A stretch of 64,000 nucleotides of DNA from an uncultured Nitrososphaerales archaeon (GTDB lineage Archaea > Thermoproteota > Nitrososphaeria > Nitrososphaerales > Nitrososphaeraceae), in NCBI GenBank assembly GCA_963709405.1, contig CAVPXM010000055.1, positions 391,656-455,655 on the forward strand. The letters run 5' to 3'. Both the position numbers and the translations under genes were made by a program. How positions within the stretch are numbered: position 1 is the first letter of the stretch; the number at the start of each line of letters is the position of its first letter. The notes below the pieces were generated by a model, which was not told where the DNA came from, searched no databases, and saw nothing but the letters and a program-made list of their open reading frames with translations. Below are positions 44,585 through 60,601 of this stretch, piece by piece.

Positions 44585-45512
44585 ATGAAAACCGTTCATC
44601 TATCGAGAATCGACCTGAACCTGTTCGTCGTCTTCGATGCGATCTACACGGAGGGCGGCATCACGCGTGCGAGCAAGCGGCTGAGCCTGACGCAGCCGGC
44701 CATCAGCCATGCGCTCGGGCGGCTGCGCGAGCTGTTCGACGATCCGCTGTTCATGCGGCAGGGCAAGGCGATGATCCCGACGCCGTTGGCGCGCGTGATG
44801 ATCGATCCGGTGCGCCAGTCGCTGCAGGGCTTCGAGGCCACGTTGAAGCGCGTCGACCGTTTCGATCCCGCGACCGCACGCAAGCATTTCACGGTGGGCA
44901 TGCGCGACGTGCGCGAGCTGACCGTGCTGCCCGAATCTGCTGCGGACCGTCACGCGCGCCGCGCCGTTCATCGACATCGCGATCGTACGCGCCGAACGCA
45001 AACAGCTCGAGACGGAGCTCGCGGCGGGCACGCTCGACGCGGCGATCGACGTTCGCCTGGCACTATCCGATGAGGTGCGACGGCAGCTTATCAACGCCGA
45101 GCGCCTGGTCGTCGTCGCGCGGCCGCGCCATCCGGCGGTCAAGCGCGAGCTGGATCTGGAGACCTACTTGTCGCAGGAGCACATCCTGGTGAGCTCCCGG
45201 CGCCGCGGCTTCGGTGTCGAGGACTACGAGTTGAGCCGGCACGGATTGAAGCGGCGGATCCGGCTGCGCTGCCAGCACTACTTCGCGGCGTGCCGCGTGG
45301 TGAGCGAGACCGATCTGATTCTGACGATGGCGGAGCGCTATGCGCGGATCGTCAATCGACTGTTCCGCAATCGCGTGCTGCCCTTCCCGCTCGAGGTGCC
45401 GAACTACGACGCTTATCTGTATTGGCATGCGAACGCGGAGGCCGATCCGGCGAATCGCTGGCTGCGGAATCTGTTGATGGCGGCGTTTCGGGAGGCCGGC
45501 ATGAGGAAATGA
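44585..45512 (+). CDS. LysR-family transcriptional regulator (frameshifted), divergent from the acyl-CoA dehydrogenase
   Basis: IDLNLFVVFDAI...LSLTQPAISHALGRLRELFDDPLF; C-terminal LYWH...DPANRWLR. Confidence 0.9.
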
Positions 45513-45598
45513 ACGCAGCCTGGTCATACTATGACATTCGTCAGATTGAGCGCTCATGCCGGGCGTGCTAGGGTTCGACCGCCTTCACGGGAGGAGCC

Positions 45599-47482
45599 AT
45601 GGAAGACGCGACCATCGAGTTCAATCTGATCACGTTCGAGACTCTCCGCACGGCGTCGTACTCGTCTGCGCGGATCAGCCGCGCGGTGCTGCGGGATCGG
45701 ATTCTGTTTGCGCGCACCAATCAGGGCAATCTGGCCAAGCTGCAGGTGCAGTCGGGGGACGACCTGATGATTACACGGCTGACCGTTTACAACCCGGCCG
45801 GCTGCATCATCAAGATCGCCAGCAACATCAGGATCCGCAGCTCCTTCAGCTGCGACCTCGACGAGGCGCGCGAGTCGTCGACGGGCGCGGATTTCTGGTG
45901 GCACGGCATCTCGCCCGGGGTGCACTACATCGAGCCTCGCAATGCCGCCACGTTCCATCTGTGCCGGGGCTTCGACGACATCACGTTCGATGAGATTCGC
46001 GCAGCCCCGTTCGTTGCACGGCGCGTGGAGCGGCCCGCGCTGCGCGAGCAGATTCTGTATTGCAAGACCAGCCAGGGCCGCTACGCCAAGCTGGCGGTCG
46101 AGGCGGGCGACACGCTGATGGTGCGCCGGCTGGTGGTTTACGGTGCCGATGGCGCCATACAGCTCAACCGGTCCAACATCTCGGTGCCGCAGACCTATAC
46201 GCTCGACGTCGACACCGGCAACGTCGGCGCCAGCGGCTACGATCTTTGGTGGCAGGCCGAGACCGCAACGTCGTTCTTTCTGACGCCGGCGAACGGCGCA
46301 ACCATCTCGTTCCAGTCGTACTTCCGCTTCGAGAAGTATCTTGCGCTGCTGCGTAGTGCGGCGATCCGCGCGGCGCTGGTGTTTGTCGACAGTGCCGGCA
46401 CCCGTGCGTATGACGCCTGGTCCGAGGCCGACAAGCTGCACCTGCGCGAATTCCTGTACATGCGCGAGACCGGCGTGGAGCTTCCGATCGCCGGCCCGCC
46501 GGCCCTGACCAGCGACCGGTTCATGAGCCGCTGCGACGCGTGGAAGATTTTCCTCGCGCACGCTGTGCAGTCGCTGTGGCTGGATGCCAACGGCCGCGTT
46601 CCGTGGCGCCTTTCGTCGGCCACCGCCGAGGCGCTCACGCATCTGTTCGACATGCGCAAGCTTCTGAGCTTCTCGCCCAGCAGCGGTCACAGCTTCGAGC
46701 TGGGCACCATGGGCGCGGCGACGCACTGGAGCCCGTCGATCTCGTACGATTTCCTGACGTCGCAGGCGCTAGTCAAGGCAAACGCCTGGTCGACGATCCA
46801 GGCAGTGGCGGATTGGTGTCGCGCCAACCTGATCCACATCACGGGCTATATGTATGACACGGTAGGCGGACCTTTCGCCACCCAGGCCGACCAGTGGGAG
46901 TACATCTACGGCTATCGCGGGCTGCCCCTGGTCGACAAGATGATCTATCCGCTGCCCGGCCGCCGCCACACCACGCACGGCTGCTGGGGAACCGACGGAT
47001 TCCTGGCGGCCGTGCTGCGCACGGTGAACATCCCCGTGCGTCACGGCAGGTCGAATTTCAGCGGCCAGATGCACAGCCGTGCGGAGTTCTTTACCGTCGA
47101 TCGCAATCTCGCGCATGGTGACGATCCATACAACGGCTGGGTGCGCCTGGGCATCAACAACGTTCCGATCGACCGCATCTTCCTGACCGGCGCCGAGCTC
47201 GCGAGCCAGATCGACGCGCCCGCTCCGCTGCCCGGCAAAACCGTGGCGGAGACCGCCTCGTTCAACCACTCGAAGCACTCGGCTGCGCTGGCCGTCGAGT
47301 TCAAGACGAACTACCTTCTGCACTATCGCTGCATGGACCGCGCGAGCGGCGCCACCGGCGCAGCGTCGCAAGTGTGGATGAATCTCCACGAGTTCTATAC
47401 CGATGCGCAGATTGCGACGATCGTTGCGGATTGCGACACCGCCATCGGTGCGATCGCTGGAGGGTGCTCGGCGATTCATTGA
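45599..47482 (+). CDS. Hypothetical protein: two ~117-aa repeats plus a putative transglutaminase-like Cys-His-Asp domain
   Basis: 627-aa intact ORF with RBS GGAGG; GCWGTDGFLAAVLRTVNIPV..MH..HGDD. Confidence 0.65.
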   Translation: MEDATIEFNLITFETLRTASYSSARISRAVLRDRILFARTNQGNLAKLQVQSGDDLMITRLTVYNPAGCIIKIASNIRIRSSFSCDLDEARESSTGADFWWHGISPGVHYIEPRNAATFHLCRGFDDITFDEIRAAPFVARRVERPALREQILYCKTSQGRYAKLAVEAGDTLMVRRLVVYGADGAIQLNRSNISVPQTYTLDVDTGNVGASGYDLWWQAETATSFFLTPANGATISFQSYFRFEKYLALLRSAAIRAALVFVDSAGTRAYDAWSEADKLHLREFLYMRETGVELPIAGPPALTSDRFMSRCDAWKIFLAHAVQSLWLDANGRVPWRLSSATAEALTHLFDMRKLLSFSPSSGHSFELGTMGAATHWSPSISYDFLTSQALVKANAWSTIQAVADWCRANLIHITGYMYDTVGGPFATQADQWEYIYGYRGLPLVDKMIYPLPGRRHTTHGCWGTDGFLAAVLRTVNIPVRHGRSNFSGQMHSRAEFFTVDRNLAHGDDPYNGWVRLGINNVPIDRIFLTGAELASQIDAPAPLPGKTVAETASFNHSKHSAALAVEFKTNYLLHYRCMDRASGATGAASQVWMNLHEFYTDAQIATIVADCDTAIGAIAGGCSAIH

Positions 47483-47516
47483 TGGCGTGTCAGCCACCAC
47501 GCCAACTGCCGCCCTC

Positions 47517-47692
47517 GCAGGCGGTTGAAAAACTCCCTCTCCCTTGACGGGAGAGGGCGGGGGTGAGGGTGAAGCGGGCCGATGCATTGCTGCAACCTGA
47601 TGCTTTCGTTGTGTTGTTTTTCCTCCCCTCACTCCGACCCTCTCCCGCAAGGGGAGAGGGAGAATGCGCGAACCGCTTTTTCAACAGCCTGC
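47517..47692. mobile_element. MITE-like element with 16-bp terminal inverted repeats enclosing inverted REP-like palindromes
   Basis: GCAGGCGGTTGAAAAA ... TTTTTCAACAGCCTGC (1 mismatch); internal CCCTCTCCC-n-GGGAGAGGG hairpins. Confidence 0.7.
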
Positions 47693-47874
47693 TGGACAAT
47701 ACGCGTGTTCTATCGGGTGCGCTGCGACACCGGCGGTACAATCGCTTTATTGACTTCCTCGGAACCCCCGATGGGGCAAACTGGTGGCATTGCTGGCCCT
47801 CACGCGTCACGGTGGTTCGAGGCGGAGAGCGATCTTGCTGAGCGCGCTCGCCTATTGAGGCTTGCGGAATTGGC

Positions 47875-47990
47875 TAAGGAACCTCTGATTAATGTCATCC
47901 CCGCGCAAGCGGGGATCCAGAAGTGCTTGACTACCCTGGGTTCCCGCTTGCGCGGGAACGACAGCCTGAGACTTGATCAGAGTTTCCCTA
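47875..47990 (+). repeat. 116-bp MITE/REP-doublet element, copy 1
   Basis: Ends TAAGGAACCTCTGAT / ATCAGAGTTTCCCTA; two internal palindromes ATCCCCGC-GCAA-GCGGGGAT and TTCCCGC-TTGC-GCGGGAA. Confidence 0.8.
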
Positions 47991-48054
47991 ACAAAGTTCG
48001 TCGTCCCTTGCAGGTTGCTGCTTACCTGCAGGACGAAAACGTAAAGGAGTGCCC

Positions 48055-49095
48055 GTGAGGCTGGGAATACTGCTTCGATATGCGGGAGAGGCCGGCGGCC
48101 CGCGCATGGACCTGGTGCTGGAGGCCGAGCGGCTGGGCTACACGTCGGTGTGGGCGGGCGAGTCCTACGGCACGGATGCCGTCACGCCGATCGCCTGGGT
48201 GCTGGCCCGCACCAGCAGGATCAAAGCCGGCACCGGCATCATGCAGATGTCGGCCCGCACCCCGGCCTGCGCCGCCATGACGGCGGCGACACTGCAGGCC
48301 ATGTCGAACAACCGCTTCCTCCTCGGCGTCGGCCCATCGGGGCCGCAGGTGATCGAGGGTTGGCACGGCGTGCCGTACGGCAAGCCGCTCACCCGCACGA
48401 AAGAATACATAGAGATCGTGCGCAAGGTGTTCGCACGCGAGGCCCCGCTGCAGCACCGGGGCGAGCACTACCAGATCCCCTACGCGGGTGCGGACGCGAG
48501 CGGCCTCGGCAAGCCGCTGAAGAGTATTCTGCGCGCAAACCCCGATCTCCAGATCTACACAGCCGCGATCTCGCCTGCCGGGCTGCGCACTGCGGGCGAG
48601 GTCGCCGACGGCGTACAGCCGTTCCTGATGAGCCCGGAGCGCACTGGCATCGTCACCGAGCCAGTGCTCGAAGGGCGGCTGGCAACGGGAAAGGGCCAGA
48701 CGCTGACCGACTTCGACATCGCCCCGTTCGTGTGCGTCGCCATGGGCAAGGACCTGCAGGCCTGCCGCGACGCCATCAAGCCGCAGATGGCGCTTTACAT
48801 CGGCGGCATGGGCGCACGCGGCAAGAATTTCTACAACGACTACGTGAAGCGCATGGGCTACGAGGCGGCCGCCGCGAAGATCCAGGACGCGTACCTGGAC
48901 GGGCGCCGCGACGAGGCGATCGCCGCTGTCCCGGACAGCTTCATAGACGAGACGGCGCTGGTGGGCCCGCCCGAACGCATCAAGGACCGGCTGCAGGCTT
49001 GGAAGGAGAGCTCCAAGGATGGCAAGATCGGCACCATGCTGCTGGGCGGTGCCACCATCGATGCGCTGCGCGTTGTCGCCGAAGCCGTTCTCTAG
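48055..49095 (+). CDS. LLM-class (luciferase-like, F420-type) oxidoreductase
   Basis: AERLGYTSVWAGESYGTDA, LGVGPSGPQVIEGWHG, YIGGMGA..NFY; RBS AAGGAG. Confidence 0.9.
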   Translation: MRLGILLRYAGEAGGPRMDLVLEAERLGYTSVWAGESYGTDAVTPIAWVLARTSRIKAGTGIMQMSARTPACAAMTAATLQAMSNNRFLLGVGPSGPQVIEGWHGVPYGKPLTRTKEYIEIVRKVFAREAPLQHRGEHYQIPYAGADASGLGKPLKSILRANPDLQIYTAAISPAGLRTAGEVADGVQPFLMSPERTGIVTEPVLEGRLATGKGQTLTDFDIAPFVCVAMGKDLQACRDAIKPQMALYIGGMGARGKNFYNDYVKRMGYEAAAAKIQDAYLDGRRDEAIAAVPDSFIDETALVGPPERIKDRLQAWKESSKDGKIGTMLLGGATIDALRVVAEAVL

Positions 49096-49250
49096 CCGAT
49101 GGGGCGAGCACTCCGACAGACGGCGTTGAGCCCCGCTCGGGCGTGTGGTACGGTTGGTACGGTTTGAATTTCCTCTCCGTGGTCCGTTATCCGTTCGGAC
49201 TTCACGTCATTGTTCAGTCGCCTTATTCATGACAACCCTGGAGTAACCCT

Positions 49251-49596
49251 TTGAGTACCGATACCCCCGAGTCCAGCCGCAAGGCGCAGATTGACGCTCT
49301 GCTTCTCAAACTCCCAGGCGTCAGCGCAAGAAAAATCAGCGGACTTGACGCGTACTTCGTCAGCGACAAGATGTTTGCCTGCATCAGCGGCGACGGCATC
49401 GGACTGCGCCTGCCCGTCGCCACCGCGACCGAACTGCAGTTCTCAAGGGACAACGTCGTGCCGTTTCAGCCCGGCGGTACGGCAAGTACCAGGGAATGGA
49501 TACAGATAGACCGCGCCGAGGCAGCCGAGTACGAGAAGGATCTCGAGCTGTTTCAGAGCCTCGCTCGAGTTCGTGAAAGGCGCTCGGACCCGCTAG
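49251..49596 (+). CDS. TfoX-N/YjbR-like small protein (frameshift near 49560)
   Basis: LPGV..RK..G..AYFVSDKMFAC...LRLP...PFQPGG...REWIQI; corrected end SLEFVKGARTR*. Confidence 0.6.
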
Positions 49597-49750
49597 ACCG
49601 GCCGCGTTGCGGAGGCGCGTTTCGACCCTCGGGAGAGGTTCGAGCATCCGAAAGCGGTCGGGCTCCGTGAGATTCCAGACGCTTGCTGACCCAAACCCAA
49701 TGGGCAAGCATCAACACGAGCACAGGTCCAATGATCACAACGACCAGCAT
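49553..49750 (-). CDS. Small single-TM protein
   Basis: Strong RBS GGGGAGG; MLVVVIIGPVLVLMLAHWVWV. Confidence 0.35.
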   Translation of the reverse strand: MLVVVIIGPVLVLMLAHWVWVSKRLESHGARPLSDARTSPEGRNAPPQRGRSSGSERLSRTRARL

Positions 49751-49965
49751 GGGAAACCTCCCCTTTCAGGCGTCGGTGGATATCAGCGACTTGGCTCCAT
49801 CGTGGCGAGTTGCTGCTGCCGGCTCAGCGGCACAGTGCACTGGCTGCGTGTGACGAATTCAACTCAGGGGCTTTGGACTGCAAGCCCCTCAAAGCGGCCA
49901 GCTCGTCGCCCCCACGCACTGCTACGAGGTTCGCCTTACCTGCCGACGACCTCGGCGTCTTGCAC

Positions 49966-50068
49966 CCTCCCTTGCGTCCGCAGGACGCGGGGGAGGGCCG
50001 GGGAGGGGGCGAGCGCCTCGCTGGCTGCTTCTCCCCATCCAAACCTTCCCCGCAAGCGGGGGAAGGAA
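49966..50068. repeat. REP-like palindromic doublet
   Basis: CCCTCCC..GCGTCC-GCA-GGACGC..GGGAGGG and CCTTCCCCGCAAGCGGGGGAAGG. Confidence 0.6.
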
Positions 50069-50142
50069 CAGTGGTCCCGCAAATGTCCAACTGCTGCTGC
50101 CACCCCGGCAGAGCCGGGGGTCTCCCCTCTACCCTAGCTAGC

Positions 50143-50258
50143 TAGGGAAACTCTGATCAAGTCTCGGGCTGTCGTTCCCGCGCATGCGGGAACCCAGGGT
50201 AGTGAAGCACTTCTGGATCCCCGCGTGCGCGGGGATGACACTAGTCAGAGGTCCCCTA
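50143..50258 (-). repeat. 116-bp MITE/REP-doublet element, copy 2 (inverted relative to copy 1)
   Basis: Reverse complement closely matches 47875-47990; its terminal TA overlaps the stop codon of the adjacent gene. Confidence 0.8.
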
Positions 50259-51197
50259 GCTCAACGCACCCACCCATTGCAGCGCCCGCTGCAAGGCGGC
50301 ATTGCGGTCCGCGCCGACGAACATGATGGACAGGATGATCTCCTCACAACCGGAGGTGCGCATGAAGGTTTCCAGCTTCTTGCGACATTGATCGTCGGTC
50401 CCGTGCAGCACGACGGCCTCGACCATGCTGGTCGACCAGGTGCCTTGCCGCGCCTCGGGATAGCCGGCGGCCGCGAACATCTCCTGATAGTTGGTGAGGC
50501 GCGGGTAGTGCGGCAGGAATTCGTTGACGCCTTGCTGCAACTCGGCCGGATCGCTGGTGAGCGCGAGGAAGGCATGGCCGATGAGCTTGGGACGCGCCCT
50601 GCCCTGGCGCGCGGCGCCGCGTTCCAGGGCGGGCAGAGCGGCATCGCGCAGGTAGGGTGCCGGGCAGAGCCAGCTCACGGCGCCCTCGGAGATTTCGCCA
50701 GCCAGTTCGAAGGAAATCGCGCGCAATGCCGAAATGATGATGGGCACCTGCGCCCCGTAGTTGAGCTTTGCGTGCACCTTGAAGTGTTTGCCGTCGAAAT
50801 CGGTCTGGGCACCGGTGAGCAGGCCCTTCACCACAGCCACGAATTCGCGCAGATGACCGAGCGGTTGTCGGTAGGGGATGCCGTAGCGGCCTTCCATCAC
50901 GGTGGCGTGACTGGGACCGAGGCCGAGCACGAAACGCCCTGGAGCCAACTGCGCAATGTCGGCGGTTTGCTGCGCCACCACCAGCGGATGCCGCGGAAAG
51001 GTGGGGACGATGGCGGTGCCCATTCTCACGGATCGCGTGGTGGCCGCCGCGGCGGCGAACACCGTCAAGCCATCGGGACCGGCGCCGGTGGTGAGCCATA
51101 CCGTAGGCACTCCCGCCGCCTCCGCCTGAGCGATCGTCTGCAGCATGGTCGCGGCGGTTGGTTGATGGATCGCAACGCCTACCTGACTTAGTGCCAT
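50256..51197 (-). CDS. LLM-class flavin/F420-dependent oxidoreductase
   Basis: AEAAGVPTVW, RMGTAIVPTFPRHP, GRFVLGLGPSH, LAGEISEG; RBS GAGGGAGG. Confidence 0.88.
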   Translation of the reverse strand: MALSQVGVAIHQPTAATMLQTIAQAEAAGVPTVWLTTGAGPDGLTVFAAAAATTRSVRMGTAIVPTFPRHPLVVAQQTADIAQLAPGRFVLGLGPSHATVMEGRYGIPYRQPLGHLREFVAVVKGLLTGAQTDFDGKHFKVHAKLNYGAQVPIIISALRAISFELAGEISEGAVSWLCPAPYLRDAALPALERGAARQGRARPKLIGHAFLALTSDPAELQQGVNEFLPHYPRLTNYQEMFAAAGYPEARQGTWSTSMVEAVVLHGTDDQCRKKLETFMRTSGCEEIILSIMFVGADRNAALQRALQWVGALS

Positions 51198-51547
51198 TCT
51201 GACCTCCCTCTGCTGTCGAACCCTGACCTGAAGCGCATCATGATAGTTTGCCGAGGCTTGCGCGCTAAGAGCGGAACGCGTCGCTACTTGTGCAGGATAG
51301 TATGCAGGTCGGCCGTCCCAGGTCTCGCGCGTCATTTCAAGCGCGTGACAGGCGTGACGCCGCGGCAGTTTCGACCTTGACAAGAACCTCCCAAAACACA
51401 GCAAGTTCGTTCGATCCTGCGCGCGTCCGACCGAGTAAAGTGCGCACATGCCTTCACCGAGACCTGTGTGCGCAGCCTGTAACGACGCCCACTTTCGATG
51501 TCACTACCAGAGGAGGCAAGAAAGAGCCGCAAACGCAAGGAGAAGTG

Positions 51548-51901
51548 ATGAGTAGTTTGGGGGTGTTGCGCCAATTTGTGTATAAGCTGGGCCCCTATCT
51601 TATGCTGGAAGCCCTGTTGCCCGGCGGAACCGTGTTGGCGCTGCTCCTTTTCCTGTACCGAGGCAGGAAGCTGAATAGCGGAGATGATGCGCGCGGACCG
51701 GCGCTTGGCGTGAACGGCCGCGATCGCGCGTCATGGCGAGCGTCCGAATTGGCCGTCAGGCCAACATTGACGAACGCCGGGTTTCGACCCACAGCGGTAG
51801 GTCACGACTGTCCGCTAGCGGGCATCTCAACCTCCCCGGAACCTCGATATACCCGTGCGCGGTCGCCCACTGCGGGAGCTGCTCGGCACGAGACCCGCTG
51901 A
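51548..51901 (+). CDS. Small membrane protein (3' end uncertain)
   Basis: RBS AAGGAG; KLGPYLMLEALLPGGTVLALLLFLYR. Confidence 0.5.
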   Translation: MSSLGVLRQFVYKLGPYLMLEALLPGGTVLALLLFLYRGRKLNSGDDARGPALGVNGRDRASWRASELAVRPTLTNAGFRPTAVGHDCPLAGISTSPEPRYTRARSPTAGAARHETR

Positions 51902-52342
51902 GGATGCTTACGCTAAGCATGTCCCGGACTTCCACGTCGATCCGTGCTTAAGCCGGTAGGCTAGCGTACCTTTCACCCCCGTGCGTGGAGCTTGCCAGCA
52001 ACGGATCCGTGGCCGATTAGGCACGACGGCCCAAGCTCTGAACCATTCCATGAGGCTCGACGGCCTGGCTCGTCCAGAACCGTGCGGCTCGCCTCGCCTC
52101 CCATCGCAGCCCCCAGTCGACTGCCCCCAAGGCACGTCCCCCCGACCGCTTCCCCAGCGCCCGCAGGCCGACCCGACACCCCGCCTTGAGCCCTCCCGCC
52201 ACACGTGATACGGTTGAATTTCCTAGCAGTGCCGTGCCAAACCGTGCGACATTTGCGGTGACGCCGGAGCATCTGGCGCGTCCCCACCGGCCCGTATCGA
52301 ACCTCGACCCACCGGCGCCTCAGATACACCCATTCGCGAGAC

Positions 52343-58318
<5,976 letters not shown>

Positions 58319-58355
58319 TAGATCGGGAATGATCAGAATCGGGAGTGAGCAGGAT

Positions 58356-58703
58356 ATGGACGAATCGGTGATCGACCGAGCTGTCTACGCCGCGCTGCAG
58401 AATACGGTAGGTGCCGAGTTCGCGGCCGAGCTGGTGGACACGTTCATCGAAGAAGCGTCCGGCATGCTGGCCGAGCTTCGCAGCGCGCGCGCGGAAAACC
58501 ACGCCGATCGTTTTCGGCGTGCGGCGCATTCGCTCAAGTCCAACAGCAACACCTTCGGCGCAGTGAGGCTGGCCGCGCTGGCGCGCGAACTGGAGCTCAA
58601 GGGCCTGGATGCCGACCCGGCGCGCGACACGGCCGCGCTGGCGGCGCTGGAGGCGGAGTACGCGCGTGCCGCCGCCGCATTGAAGGACCTGCGCCATGGC
58701 TGA
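58356..58703 (+). CDS. Hpt phosphotransfer domain protein (in frame with the second receiver as sequenced)
   Basis: ELVDTFIEEA...RRAAHSLKSNSNTFGA..LA. Confidence 0.85.
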   Translation: MDESVIDRAVYAALQNTVGAEFAAELVDTFIEEASGMLAELRSARAENHADRFRRAAHSLKSNSNTFGAVRLAALARELELKGLDADPARDTAALAALEAEYARAAAALKDLRHG

Positions 58704-59866
58704 GCCCGGCTGCACGTCTGCTGATCGTCGACGACAACAAGGTCAACCGCCTGCTGCTGTCGCGCAGCGTGCAGATGCAGGGCCACCGCGCCGCGCTGGC
58801 CGAGAACGGCCGCGTCGCGCTCGAGATGCTGCGGCGCGAACCGTTCGACCTGCTGCTGCTCGATATCGAGATGCCCGAGATGGACGGCTTTGCGGTGCTC
58901 GAGCAGCTGAAGGCCGACCCGCAGTTGCGCGACCTGCCGGTGATCGTGACCTCGTCGGTCGAGGGGCTGGACAACATCGTGCGCTGCATCGGCCTGGGCG
59001 CCGAGGACTACCTGCCCAAGCCGGTGAACCCGGTGCTGCTGAAGGCGCGCATCGGCGCCAGCCTGGAGAAGAAGCGCCTGCGCGACCAGCAGAAGGAACT
59101 GGTGCGGCGCTTCGCCACCTCCGAGGTGGCGCAGGACCTGCAGCAATCGGGTTTCGCGCTCGGCGGCAAGCGCGTGCACGCGTCGGTGATGTTTTCCGAC
59201 ATCCGCGGCTTCACGGCGCTGGTGGAGAGCCAGCCGCCGGAAGAGACGATCGAACTGCTCAACACTTACTACACGCTGATGTTCGACGCCATCAGCAGCC
59301 ACGGCGGGGTGGTCAACCAGATGATCGGCGACGGGCTGATGGCGCTGTTCGGCGCGCCGCTGCCGCTCGACGATTGCGCCGGCAGCGCGGTGGCCGCGGC
59401 GCTGGAAATGATCGAGCTGATCGAGCAATTCAACCTGGAGCGCAGCGCGGCGCAGAAGCCAACGATCCGCATCGGCATCGGCATCGCCACCGGCGACGTC
59501 GTGGCCGGCTACACCGGCACGCAGCAGCGCGCCACGTACACCTGCATCGGCGACACGGTCAACCTGGCGGCACGGCTGGAGGCGCACACCAAGGTAGCGG
59601 GGCGCGGCATCCTGATCGACGAAGACACACAACGCGCGTTGAGAGGCGTGCGCACGGAGGCCCTGGGCGCCGTGCCCTTCAAGGGCAAGACCGCTGTGGT
59701 GGAGATTTTTGCGGTGGGAGGTGGGCAGGTTGACGCTTGGCGTCAGGAAAAAAACCCATCGAGCGCAAGGCGCAGGCGCGCGAACGCCAAGCGGGCGCGC
59801 GCGGTCGGACGCGAGCCGAGGACTTGCTCGAACGACATGATCAAGCACTACTACCCGGGAGTCTGA
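58696..59866 (+). CDS. Response regulator REC + class III nucleotidyl cyclase (frameshift near 58712; true end may be near 59733)
   Basis: LLIVDDN, LLLDIEMPEMDG; FSDIRGFT, IGDGLMALFG, IGDTVNLAARLE. Confidence 0.9.
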
Positions 59867-59869
59867 GCA

Positions 59870-60601
59870 ATGGCTGTCACCCCCAACCCAGCCGTGGTCG
59901 CGGAGCTCGCGCCGAACGGCGTGCTGCGCGCGGGGATCAACCTGTCGAACTTCCTGCTCGTCACGGGGCGTGCGGCGAACGGCGATCCGCAGGGCATTGC
60001 CCCCGACATGGCGGGTGAGATCGCCGCGCGGCTCAAGGTGCCGCTCCAGCTTATCGCCTACGAGTCGCCCGGGAAGCTCGCCGACGCGGTCGCCGACTGG
60101 GACGTCGGCCTGATCGGCGCGGAACCCGCGCGCGCCGCGCAAATCGCCTTCAGCGCCGCTTATCTCGAGATCGAAGCCACCTACCTCGTGCCGGCGGACT
60201 CGAAGATACGCTCGGTCGAGGAGATCGATCGCAAAGGCGTACGGATCGCGGTCGCGGCGAGGAGCGCGTACGATCTGTACCTCAGCCGCAGCATCAAGAA
60301 CGCCGAGCTGGTGCACGCGACCGGGCTCGACGCGTCCTACGAGCTCTTCGTGCGCGAAAAGCTCGACGCGCTCGCCGGGCTGCGTCCGCGTCTGGTGAAA
60401 GACGTCCAGAAGCTGCCCGGGGCGCGTGTGCTCGAAGGACGCTTCACCGCTGTGCAGCAGGCGGTCGGCACGCCCAAGGCGCGCGTCGCAGCCGCGGCCT
60501 TTCTCGCCGCCTTCATCGAAGAGGCGAAGGCTTCGGGACTCGTCGCGCGGCTAATCGAGCGCCACGGCGTGCACGGCGTCAATGTCGCGCCCGCTGCCTG
60601 A
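59870..60601 (+). CDS. Solute-binding family 3 (polar amino acid type) protein
   Basis: ELAPNGVLRAGINLSN, PARAAQIAFSAAYLEIEATYLV, EEAKASGLV. Confidence 0.85.
   Translation: MAVTPNPAVVAELAPNGVLRAGINLSNFLLVTGRAANGDPQGIAPDMAGEIAARLKVPLQLIAYESPGKLADAVADWDVGLIGAEPARAAQIAFSAAYLEIEATYLVPADSKIRSVEEIDRKGVRIAVAARSAYDLYLSRSIKNAELVHATGLDASYELFVREKLDALAGLRPRLVKDVQKLPGARVLEGRFTAVQQAVGTPKARVAAAAFLAAFIEEAKASGLVARLIERHGVHGVNVAPAA

Noticed and set aside
51900-52340. Possible ncRNA or riboswitch upstream of the GAF kinase
   Set aside because: No recognisable conserved RNA motif by eye; an Rfam scan would be needed
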